From the NCBI GenBank assembly GCA_029564175.1, contig JAKQQL010000309.1, positions 1 through 28,118 of the forward strand: a stretch of 28,118 bases of DNA, given 5' to 3'. The notes under the pieces are model-generated. The model made no database searches. It had not been told where the DNA came from and was given only the letters and a program-made list of their open reading frames with translations. Position 1 is the first letter of the stretch, and every line of letters begins with the position of its first letter. The DNA comes from Candidatus Cloacimonadota bacterium. Its GTDB lineage: Bacteria; Cloacimonadota; Cloacimonadia; Cloacimonadales; WRIO01. The translations under genes were made by a program, and so were the position numbers. This document shows, piece after piece, positions 1 to 8,286 of this stretch.

Positions 1-458
1 TAGGGGATTGAGACTTTTTTTTATTTTTTTCAGGTTTTGTTTCTAACTTTATTATCAGAATTTAAATGACCCGACTTAGGGGATTGAGACTTAATTCACT
101 TATGCGTCTGTAAAAAGAGCGACTGCACCATCAGAATTTAAATGACCCGACTTAGGGGATTGAGACTTAATTCATCAGTATCCTGAGATTGATACAAGCC
201 ATATCAGAATTTAAATGACCCGACTTAGGGGATTGAGACTGATTTAATATACTCCACTGATTTAATGAAGTTTATTATCAGAATTTAAATGACCCGACTT
301 AGGGGATTGAGACTGTTCAACTGCATCTTCATAATCATCTTTTCGTTCCCAATCAGAATTTAAATGACCCTACTTAGGGGATTGAGACGAATGTAAGTGA
401 GCAGGAGCATAATTCGTGGGGAATGGATCAGAATTTAAATGACCCGACTTAGGGGATT
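1..458 (+). CRISPR. CRISPR array, trailer end (array continues off the left edge); 37-bp repeat ATCAGAATTTAAATGACCCGACTTAGGGGATTGAGAC
   Basis: Repeats at 1-14 (partial), 54-90, 130-166, 203-239, 277-313, 352-388 (one G>T change) and a degenerate terminal repeat at 427-458. Six unique spacers of 36-39 bp. The 3' end ATTGAGAC is a typical 8-nt type III handle, and the degenerate last repeat supports + orientation. Confidence 0.97.
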
Positions 459-838
459 TTTTGAACAATCTTGGCTTTCTACAAGCAAGATGCTTGTAGT
501 ACTGATTGGAAGTATGTAGTACAAAAAGATGAAAATTCTACAAGCAAGATGCTTGTAGTACGGGAAAATAGACCCGACTTAGGGGATTTGTTGAAGTGTC
601 TTATCTACAAGCAGGATGCTTGTAGTACGGAAGTGTTATGTTTGTTGTACGAAAACATGAAGAATTTACAAGCAAGATGCTTGTAGTACGGGAAAATAGA
701 CCCGACTTAGGGGATTTGTTGAAGTATCTTATCTACAAGCAGGATGCTTGTAGTACGGAAGTGTTTTGTTTGTTGTACGAAAAGATGAAAATTCTACAAG
801 CAGGATGCTTGTAGTACGGATTGGATGCTTGTAGAACG
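441..838. repeat. Three ~128-130-bp tandem units, each a truncated CRISPR repeat plus two REP-like palindromes
   Basis: GACCCGACTTAGGGGATTT(T/G)TTGAA occurs at 441, 571 and 699, each followed by CTACAAGCA(A/G)GATGCTTGTAGTAC-type hairpins. Confidence 0.9.
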
Positions 839-897
839 GAAGTGTAATGTTTGTAGTATGGTAGGTAAAAGAATATTGTGATTTTAGAAAATATTTC

Positions 898-926
898 TTG
901 ACAGGATTATTCTGAAGTGTTATTTT
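898..926 (+). promoter_or_regulatory. Putative sigma70 promoter of the cas operon
   Basis: TTGACA (898-903), 17-nt spacer, TG-n-TATTTT (-10 at 921-926), 31 nt upstream of the cas6 GTG. Confidence 0.55.
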
Positions 927-957
927 TGGCACAGAGAATAAGAAGTCTGGAGAAATT

Positions 958-1830
958 GTGGACTACTGCGTTTTTAAGTGCTATTTCTCTGTTGAAAATA
1001 AAGAGGCTTTAGATCATGATTTAAGTTCTTCCATAAGAGGAATTTGGGGTCGGAATTTAAAGCAGATATTCTGTATGCAGAGGAATATTGAATGTCAGGA
1101 ATGTACGTTTAATCATTGCCCATACTTTAGTATTTTTGAAAAAAAGTACGGTGAAAATGATGAGTACAGACCCTATATTATTTATCATAATCAAAAAAAT
1201 AAAACAGAACTGGAAGTTCATTTTATTTTACTTGGTTTTCTTACGTCACACTACGACAAGGTATTACTGCCTATTTTACAAATTGCTGAAAAACCTTTAT
1301 TCTTTAAAGGCGAGAAACTGCATTTGAAACTGATTAGAATTCTGGATCAGGAGGATCATTTGATTGTAAATAATGATTTCAGAGATCTGAATCGTATTCA
1401 TATCAGTCAGACCGAGACAAAACAACACGATGAATTTCAAAAAGTAAAACTGATTTTTCAAACGCCATTGAGGATGAAGTATCAAAATCAACTAATGAAA
1501 CAGTTTAACTTCGAAGCTTTTGTAAAATCCTTAATCAGAAGACTGAATTTTATCAATGAGTATTTTTCTGATAGAGAATCTGATACTATAATATTTAATC
1601 CGGATTTTCTTCAATGTCAGGTCAGCTCAAACTTGATTTGGAGAGAAAAGTATCGAAAATCATTCCGGCAAAATCAAAAGATGAGTATTGGCGGGTTAAT
1701 TGGCAATGTTATAATCGAAAAGCCTCACCCTGAACTGGTTCTGATATTGAAAACAGGAGAATTGGTTCAAGCAGGAAAACAAACCGCTTTTGGTAACGGG
1801 AAGTATTTTTTGGAATGTGAACAGGTGTAA
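958..1830 (+). CDS. cas6: CRISPR pre-crRNA processing endoribonuclease Cas6
   Basis: N-terminal SSIRGIWG motif, Cys cluster CMQRNIECQECTFNHCPY, TPLR motif, C-terminal G-loop AGKQTAFGNGKY; GGAGA RBS; adjacent to the array. Confidence 0.92.
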   Translation: MDYCVFKCYFSVENKEALDHDLSSSIRGIWGRNLKQIFCMQRNIECQECTFNHCPYFSIFEKKYGENDEYRPYIIYHNQKNKTELEVHFILLGFLTSHYDKVLLPILQIAEKPLFFKGEKLHLKLIRILDQEDHLIVNNDFRDLNRIHISQTETKQHDEFQKVKLIFQTPLRMKYQNQLMKQFNFEAFVKSLIRRLNFINEYFSDRESDTIIFNPDFLQCQVSSNLIWREKYRKSFRQNQKMSIGGLIGNVIIEKPHPELVLILKTGELVQAGKQTAFGNGKYFLECEQV

Positions 1831-1832
1831 CT

Positions 1833-2011
1833 CGTACTACAAGTGTCAACTCCGTACTACAAGCGTCCCGCTTGTAGAAAAACAACAGGCTGCAAGCTGG
1901 AAGCGATCCGTACTACAAGCGTCCCGCTTGTAGAAAAAGAATTTCTGCAAACAAGATGTTCGCAGTACGGCAGAAGAAGAAAAACAATCTGCAAGCTGGA
2001 AGCTCGCAGAA
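1833..2011. repeat. Cluster of REP-like palindromes (family 1) between cas6 and cas10
   Basis: GTACTACAAGCGTCCCGCTTGTAG twice, plus CTGCAAGCTGGAAGCTCGCAG and CTGCAAACAAGATGTTCGCAGTAC variants. Confidence 0.85.
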
Positions 2012-2016
2012 CGGTG

Positions 2017-2065
2017 AACGTACCACCCCGTCACTTCGTGACACCCCTCCAAAGGAGTGGAATTA
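2017..2065. repeat. REP-like element, family 2 (CCCCTCC...GGAG[G/T]GG type)
   Basis: AACGTACCACCCCGTCACTTCGTGACACCCCTCCAAAGGAGTGGAATTA closely matches 15155-15203 and the reverse complement of 15016-15059. Confidence 0.8.
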
Positions 2066-2100
2066 GCTCGCAGTGCGGGAAAAAATTGAAAGGAGGTTTC

Positions 2101-4641
2101 ATGGCGCATGAAAAGTTAACTTTACATGAGTTTGTCTTTTCGGCACTGATGCATGATATTGGCAAGGTAATGCAAAGAGCAGAGATTCTTCTCTCAGAGA
2201 GATATAAGGACAGAGCAAAATCTCATCAGCATTATGACAGTCATTGGCATGCCTGCTGGACAGACGAATTTTTAGACAAGAATCCTTGTGGATTAATTTC
2301 GAAAGAAAAATGGCAGAGAATGATTAATTTATCCGCTTCACATCATCTGGAGAGTGTTCCAAATACTGATGATCAAAATCTTCTGATCATGTTGAAAGCA
2401 GCTGATCAATTAGCTGCTGATTATGATCGGGGCGACAAGATGAATCAAAATTACAAATCGATTCCCCTTTATTCTGTTTTTCAGGAGATCAGACTTAAAA
2501 GTGAAGAACCAGTCAGATATCAAAAAGCCTATCAGTTTAAGCCATTGAATGCTGATAGTTTTTTCCCTGAAGATGCAAAAATCAAAACCAGAGTGGCTGA
2601 TTACAAATCCTTATTTGACTCATTTGATCAGAATTATCAGCAATTGTCTAATGTCTGGACAGATAACAGGGAATTTCCTCACTTTTTGAACAGTGTTGAT
2701 TATCTGATGGAAAAGTATTTTTATTGTGTTCCGGGTAATACTCAGGAGGAGCATCCTACCAGTTCTTTGTATCATCACAGTCGAACAACTGCATTAATTG
2801 CTGCTGTGCTATATCAGAGATATGTCGATTATGAAGTTAAACTTACTCTTCAGGAAATTAAAGATTCTTCAGGCTATATGCTGATTGGTGGAGATTTGAG
2901 CGGTATTCAGAATTATCTCTATGATCTGAATCCTGAAAATTCTCAGAAAGGTACAAAATTTCTCAGAGCCCGTTCTTTTAAGATTAAAGCCCTGTCTGAT
3001 ATGGTTTTATTTAAGATTATCAATCAGTGCGGACTCTGCCAGCAAAATGTGTTGATCAATGCCGGAGGTAAATTTATACTCCTGGCACCGGAGTCTGATG
3101 TTATCAAACAACAATTGATAAAGATTCAGCAGGAAACAGATCAGGCTTTCTATCAGGAATTTCTGGCATCTGTCAGTTTGAATCTGGACTGGTCAATGAA
3201 AGTGAAGTTTGATGATTTGCATCAGTCAAATCTAAAAGAAACACTTGAGCAGTTTTTTGACAAACTGGAAATTAAGAAATCAACGCGTTTTCAAAGTCGT
3301 TTAGTTACTTCTGATACAGGTAAATGGACTCCGAGCGCTTTTATCGTCAATCATGAGAAATTGGTGAATGACAATCTCTGTCCTTACTGTAACAGAAGAA
3401 TCAAGGCTAACGATGAAAGTTGTGAGGTTTGTGATCAGGAAATGGAACTGGGCAAAAGATTGCCAAAAAATCAGTTTGTTGCTATAGCCAATGTTGAAAA
3501 AGATGAAAGAGAATTTGCCAGAATTGGAGATACAGGACTTTTCTTATTGAAAGAAAATAATCTGAACTCTTTTAAAAACAGATTACTGAAAGAGAATGCA
3601 ACATTTAGTATTTATGCGTACCAAAAAGGAGAAAAAGGCTTACATCAGGCATTTCCATATAAAGCAACTGCGGCATACATCCCTGTTGAAAACAAGAATG
3701 AAGAGGAAGTAAGCGTGATTGATCTGGAAAGTATTGCCCGGAAATCATCTATTGATTGGCCACACGGTAAAAAATCAGGATTATGTGCCAATGCTATCAT
3801 TAAAGGGGATGTTGATAATCTGGGCTCTATTTTTCAGAAAGGGCTTGCTTTACCAGGGAATCAATTGTCTCTGGCAAGGTATATGACCTGCTCGTCTCAG
3901 ATGGACTTCTTTTTCTCAGAATACATTCCCTGGTTGCTGGAAAACGATTCTTCAAGATTCTGTGACGTAGAGATTCCTTTTAATACTATCTATACTGTTT
4001 ATACAGGCGGGGATGACTTTTGCCTGATCGGACCCTGGCTGACAGTAATTCTGTTTGCCCTGCGTTTGAAACAGGATTTTGACTTGTTTACCTGCAATAA
4101 CCCTGAACTTCATTTCTCCTGTGGAATTGAATTGATGCATGGTAAATCTCCGGCAAAATTCTTCATAGAGAAGACCGAAGAGGCATTGGAAAAAGCGAAA
4201 AAATCCTATGATTTGAAATATAAGCAAACTGAGAAAAATAGTGTATTTCTCTTTGATACATTGATCCCTTGGGATGAATATGAACCCTTTATCAATGAGG
4301 CTGAACAGTATTTTAATCATCTGAACAGCAAACAAAGTAAAGGTTTTTCAACTCAATTTGTTTATAAATTGTTCCAGTATCATCACTCCTATATGAATAC
4401 AAAGTACCCAAATCCTAAAGTGAAACAAAATGTCAGAGATTTACTGTACCCGGCACAGATCACATATGATCTCAAAAGAAACTTTAATAAAGAAGAACCA
4501 GCATACCAAAATATTCAGGCGCTGATTCAAGTTGATAATAACAAAGCGAAAACAGATATTTTCAGACTACTAAAAGCAATTTTGCATGTGTCATTATATG
4601 CAAACCGTAATGCAAATAAAGGAGGATCAAATGAGTTATGA
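2101..4641 (+). CDS. cas10: Type III-A Cas10/Csm1 (HD nuclease plus Palm cOA synthase), 846 aa
   Basis: ALMHDIGK HD motif, SLYHHSRTTA, GGDLSGIQNY, LRARSF, zinc-finger CPYC...CEVC, KGDVDNLG and an intact YTGGDDF. Start moved to ATG 2101 behind an AGGAGG RBS; the upstream ORF extension is REP DNA. Confidence 0.96.
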   Translation: MAHEKLTLHEFVFSALMHDIGKVMQRAEILLSERYKDRAKSHQHYDSHWHACWTDEFLDKNPCGLISKEKWQRMINLSASHHLESVPNTDDQNLLIMLKAADQLAADYDRGDKMNQNYKSIPLYSVFQEIRLKSEEPVRYQKAYQFKPLNADSFFPEDAKIKTRVADYKSLFDSFDQNYQQLSNVWTDNREFPHFLNSVDYLMEKYFYCVPGNTQEEHPTSSLYHHSRTTALIAAVLYQRYVDYEVKLTLQEIKDSSGYMLIGGDLSGIQNYLYDLNPENSQKGTKFLRARSFKIKALSDMVLFKIINQCGLCQQNVLINAGGKFILLAPESDVIKQQLIKIQQETDQAFYQEFLASVSLNLDWSMKVKFDDLHQSNLKETLEQFFDKLEIKKSTRFQSRLVTSDTGKWTPSAFIVNHEKLVNDNLCPYCNRRIKANDESCEVCDQEMELGKRLPKNQFVAIANVEKDEREFARIGDTGLFLLKENNLNSFKNRLLKENATFSIYAYQKGEKGLHQAFPYKATAAYIPVENKNEEEVSVIDLESIARKSSIDWPHGKKSGLCANAIIKGDVDNLGSIFQKGLALPGNQLSLARYMTCSSQMDFFFSEYIPWLLENDSSRFCDVEIPFNTIYTVYTGGDDFCLIGPWLTVILFALRLKQDFDLFTCNNPELHFSCGIELMHGKSPAKFFIEKTEEALEKAKKSYDLKYKQTEKNSVFLFDTLIPWDEYEPFINEAEQYFNHLNSKQSKGFSTQFVYKLFQYHHSYMNTKYPNPKVKQNVRDLLYPAQITYDLKRNFNKEEPAYQNIQALIQVDNNKAKTDIFRLLKAILHVSLYANRNANKGGSNEL

Positions 4642-5020
4642 ACAAAAAAATGAATTTTTCTCCCCTGATGGGTTAATTAGAATTGAATGGATAGATCAAT
4701 TTGCTAAACAATTCTCTGAAGAATTAGCTGATGGATATCGGTTTCACAGAAAAGATTTTACTAGAAGTCAGTTAAGAAATTTTTATCATGAATTTTTAAG
4801 AATAAAATCTAGCCCTCTTAAAAAAGATGAAAAAGTAATTATGGTGAAAATGTTAAAAGCAAAAGTAAAATATAAAAAAGGTATTGTCCCTGAGGAATTT
4901 ATTCAATTTATTACAAATCTCGTTGATGAAATAGATAAAGATGATCTATTTCCTGTTCGTTTTGAAAATGCATGTATATTAATGGAAGCCCTTGTTGCTT
5001 ATAATCCAAAAACAAAATAA
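4631..5020 (+). CDS. csm2: Type III-A small subunit Csm2 (Cas11)
   Basis: TRSQLRNFYHEF, LKAKVKY and MEALVAY motifs; GGAGG RBS before ATG 4631; overlaps the cas10 stop. Confidence 0.93.
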   Translation: MSYEQKNEFFSPDGLIRIEWIDQFAKQFSEELADGYRFHRKDFTRSQLRNFYHEFLRIKSSPLKKDEKVIMVKMLKAKVKYKKGIVPEEFIQFITNLVDEIDKDDLFPVRFENACILMEALVAYNPKTK

Positions 5021-5032
5021 ACGGAGGATATT

Positions 5033-5752
5033 ATGTTAACAAACAGAATTATAAAAGGTTATATCTTGTTACAATCAGGATTACATATTGGTGGATCAGA
5101 TGCCGGTATTCATATTGGCGGAATTGATAATCCGGTAATAAAGAATCCTCTAACAGGTTTACCCTACATACCTGGCTCCAGTTTGAAAGGCAAAATGAGA
5201 TTTTTGCTGGAACACTCAGTAATTAGAAATATTAAAGAATTAATTCCAAAAAAAATGACTATTCCAGTTTATCATAGATTTAATAATAACACAATTCCAC
5301 TTGTTTTTGGGAATATTGAACACTCAAAAGATACAAATTTTATGCCTACAAGAGTGATTTTCAGAGACTCTCATATTATTGGAGTAATAAAGGAATTTAA
5401 CAAAGAATCATTTACAATAAATGATATTCATACAAATATTGAAGAAATTCGTGAACTTATGGGTTCCGATTTTGTAGAAGCTAAGACAGAAGTTACTATA
5501 GATCGTTTATCAGGAACAGTTGGAGGAGGAGGACCAAGACAGATAGAACGAGTTTCTGCCGGCACAGTCTTTGCTTTTGAAATTATTTTGCGATCTTTTG
5601 AAAATGACAATGCTGAAGAACATTTTAAACTGCTAAAGAAAGGATTGAAACTGGTAGAAAATGACGCTTTAGGCGGATCCGGAAGCAGGGGAAGCGGTAA
5701 AATTAAGTTTTTTGGTCTGACAGAGAATGATCATGAATTCTCCTTAGACTAA
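5033..5752 (+). CDS. csm3: Type III-A backbone RNase Csm3 (Cas7)
   Basis: GLHIGG...GGIDNPVIKNP (catalytic Asp present), PYIPGSSLKGKMR, KTEVTIDR, PRQIERV and LGGSGSRGSGKI. Confidence 0.96.
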   Translation: MLTNRIIKGYILLQSGLHIGGSDAGIHIGGIDNPVIKNPLTGLPYIPGSSLKGKMRFLLEHSVIRNIKELIPKKMTIPVYHRFNNNTIPLVFGNIEHSKDTNFMPTRVIFRDSHIIGVIKEFNKESFTINDIHTNIEEIRELMGSDFVEAKTEVTIDRLSGTVGGGGPRQIERVSAGTVFAFEIILRSFENDNAEEHFKLLKKGLKLVENDALGGSGSRGSGKIKFFGLTENDHEFSLD

Positions 5753-5762
5753 AGGAGAATTC

Positions 5763-6938
5763 ATGAAAAACTATCAAATCAAATGGATACTTAAATCCGC
5801 ATTATCCACTGAATTGGAAAGCGATACCATATTCGGGCATTTTTGCTGGAATCTGCTATATAAAAAAGGAGAAGACAGACTCAAATTGTTTTTGGAACAG
5901 CTCAAAAAGCTTGAAAAACACTTTGTTTTATCCAATGCCTTCCAAGATATGCGCTTATCGATGCCAAAACTACCATTAAGCAGGGATGTTATCAAACGTC
6001 TGGAAGCAGTCTGTGGATTTTCTTATGATGAAAAACGTAAAGAAATAAAGAAAATGAAAAGCATTAGTCTGGATTTATTAAAACAGAATTCAAATGACTT
6101 TTCCAATGAGAAATTGATCCATGATCATTATAAACAAAAGATCAATTTACTGCCAGATTCTCAATCTTCAGGTCAATTGAACATTATAACTCATAATACG
6201 ATCAACCGTTTAACTGGTACTACATCGGCAGATATGGAAAATCTCTATCAGGAACATACCCGATTTTATGAAGAAAATACAGAATTTTATTCCTGGTTAA
6301 AGACTGATTGTTTTGATCTGTCCGATTTGCAGGAGATTTTTTCATCCATGAGTCATTATGGTTTTGGTAAGAATAAACATACCGGTAAAGGACATTTTGA
6401 CATTGAAGTAAGTGAATGTGGTGAACTGACTGATTGTAAAGAGGATGCTAATGCCTGGCTTTTACTGTCAAATTGTGTGCCTTCTGAATCAGACACAACT
6501 CATGTCCTGTATAACAGTAAAGTGAAATTTGCTAAATTAGGTGGCTATCTGGCATTAAAAGAATCTCCTTTTAAGCATCCGGTATTCATGTTTACGCCTG
6601 GTTCTGTTTTCTTTGGCAATGAAGCGCCACAAGGGACAATCTTACAAAATGTACACCCATTTCAACCGGAAGTGGTTCAAAACCTCTGTGCCTATGTCAT
6701 CCCGTTGAAGCTGGAGTCTGAAACGCTTCTGAGAGTCTCAGGCTTGCAGAAAAGCTACAAGCAAGATGATCTCGTACTGCGAGCTTCCAGCTTGCAGGAA
6801 AGCTACAAGCAAGATGATTCCGTACTGCGAGCTTCCAGCTTGCAGAAAAGCTACAAGCAGGATGCTTGTAGTACGGAGGAAGAGAGCTACAAGCAGGATG
6901 CTTGTAGAACGGACAATGAGGTGACAGATGAGTGTTAA
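5763..6938 (+). CDS. csm4: Type III-A Csm4 (Cas5) with a REP-derived C-terminal insert
   Basis: SDTIFGHFCW, LSNAF, HNTINRLTG, GFGKNKHTGKGHF and PGSVF motifs; located between csm3 and csm5. Confidence 0.92.
   Translation: MKNYQIKWILKSALSTELESDTIFGHFCWNLLYKKGEDRLKLFLEQLKKLEKHFVLSNAFQDMRLSMPKLPLSRDVIKRLEAVCGFSYDEKRKEIKKMKSISLDLLKQNSNDFSNEKLIHDHYKQKINLLPDSQSSGQLNIITHNTINRLTGTTSADMENLYQEHTRFYEENTEFYSWLKTDCFDLSDLQEIFSSMSHYGFGKNKHTGKGHFDIEVSECGELTDCKEDANAWLLLSNCVPSESDTTHVLYNSKVKFAKLGGYLALKESPFKHPVFMFTPGSVFFGNEAPQGTILQNVHPFQPEVVQNLCAYVIPLKLESETLLRVSGLQKSYKQDDLVLRASSLQESYKQDDSVLRASSLQKSYKQDACSTEEESYKQDACRTDNEVTDEC
6717..6920. repeat. REP-like cluster (family 1) inside the 3' end of csm4
   Basis: 48-bp units at 6742, 6790 and 6838, then a 36-bp period (6851, 6887), built from GTACTGCGAGCTTCCAGCTTGCAG and CTACAAGCAGGATGCTTGTAG. 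Confidence 0.88.
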
Positions 6939-7977
6939 AAACTACCAGATCCGACTCAAAGTTCTCAGTCCGCTTCATATAGGTTCAGGTGAACATCTGA
7001 ATCCTCTGAATTACATTGTGAAAAATAATCATTTGTATTATCTCAATGAAGGTCAATACATTAAAAAACTACTTAATACACCAGATTCCAGACTTAAAGA
7101 AGTGGTTGATACTGCTGATATCTACAATATCGTCAATTACTACTATAATCAGTTTGATGAAAATGATACTCAGCTTTACAAACATTCATATCCGGTAGAT
7201 CCTGAATTTCAAAGTGCCTTTTTGAATAATCTCAGAAGCAAAGACAATCAAAACCTGTTGCTTGAATTTTACCGTTCAGAACTGTTTAGTGAACCGGTTA
7301 TTCCAGGCAGTTCTCTGAAAGGTTGTTTTAGAACCATATTACTGTCAGCGATGCAGACTCATTTAAACACTGGAATTTATCAAAAACGAAGAGGTAATAG
7401 ATTTGTTAACGATGCTCAACTGACAGAAGCGTCTGTTATGAGTATGAGAATCAATTATGAAAAATTCGATGTAAAATCTGATCCCTTTAAGTATTTCAAG
7501 GTTTCTGATATTCATGCTGGAACAGATTCCCTTACTGTACAAAAAATTGAAAACAAAACAACAGGCAGAACCTCAGCGATTCCTTATTTTGCTGAAGTAA
7601 TCAAAAGTTCAGATCAGGTCTATACAGGAACATTATCCATTAATAGTGAAATGACCCGATATTTTGACAGAAGTCTGAACTTAAACATCAATAATATAGC
7701 AAATTATCTGGTTCAGTCAGCAAAGGTTTTTTATTATAATATCATTCAGAAAGATATTTTAAAACTAAAATCGATAAATTCTCTTAATGGGCTTAGATCT
7801 GCTTTAGTAAATTATGATAGTTTGAAAGATACTCCCAATAAAGCTGTTTTTCGTTTAGGAAAGGGGCAAGGGTGTCATTCTCTGTCATTAAGAATGTCTA
7901 ATCTGAATCCAAAATCCAGGAATCTGGCACAAAATCAAACGCTTGGTTGGGTGGAAATAGAGTTTGTAGATATGTAA
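6928..7977 (+). CDS. csm5: Type III-A Csm5 RAMP
   Basis: LSPLHIGSG, IPGSSLKGCFRT, DPFKYFKVSD, RLGKGQG and LGWVEI motifs. Confidence 0.93.
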   Translation: MSVKNYQIRLKVLSPLHIGSGEHLNPLNYIVKNNHLYYLNEGQYIKKLLNTPDSRLKEVVDTADIYNIVNYYYNQFDENDTQLYKHSYPVDPEFQSAFLNNLRSKDNQNLLLEFYRSELFSEPVIPGSSLKGCFRTILLSAMQTHLNTGIYQKRRGNRFVNDAQLTEASVMSMRINYEKFDVKSDPFKYFKVSDIHAGTDSLTVQKIENKTTGRTSAIPYFAEVIKSSDQVYTGTLSINSEMTRYFDRSLNLNINNIANYLVQSAKVFYYNIIQKDILKLKSINSLNGLRSALVNYDSLKDTPNKAVFRLGKGQGCHSLSLRMSNLNPKSRNLAQNQTLGWVEIEFVDM

Positions 7978-7983
7978 TTTTCT

Positions 7984-8018
7984 GTGTGCAGGCTGTAAAA
8001 GCCTGCACACTTGATTTT
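7984..8018 (+). terminator. Putative intrinsic terminator after csm5
   Basis: Perfect 11-bp stem GTGTGCAGGCT-GTAAA-AGCCTGCACAC followed by TTGATTTT. Confidence 0.65.
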
Positions 8019-8276
8019 GTACTACAAGTGTCAACTCCGTACTACAAGCGTCCCGCTTGTAGAAAAAAAAGGCTACAAGCTGGAAGCTTGTAGTACGGGA
8101 AGAGAAAATATCTGCAAACAAGATGTTCGCAGTACGAAAAACAACAAAGTTCGTACTACAAGCATCTTGCTTGTAAAAATAAAGGGCTGCAAGCTGGAAG
8201 CTCGCAGTACGAAAAACAACGAAATCCGTACTACAAGCATCTTGCTTGTAGAAAAAACTCTGGAAGCTCGAAGAAC
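8019..8276. repeat. REP-like cluster (family 1) between csm5 and the CARF effector
   Basis: Alternating inverted pairs such as GTACTACAAGCATCTTGCTTGTA and CTGCAAGCTGGAAGCTCGCAGTAC; the first 49 bp are identical to 1834-1882. Confidence 0.88.
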
Positions 8277-8286
8277 AGAAGGAACC

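Noticed and set aside
15..426. Self-targeting spacers within the window
   Set aside because: Only short (about 12 nt or less) AT-rich matches were noticed, which is compatible with chance.
471..932. ORFs 471-686 (+) and 729-932 (-)
   Set aside because: They are translations of REP repeats (YKQDACST / YKHPAC motifs) with no RBS or protein family signal.
1843..2100. 86-aa N-terminal extension of Cas10 in the ORF track
   Set aside because: It consists of REP DNA; a strong RBS precedes ATG 2101, where the HD domain begins.
8011..8286. 92-aa N-terminal extension of the CARF effector
   Set aside because: REP-derived, with a TTG start lacking an RBS; the CARF motif starts right after ATG 8287.
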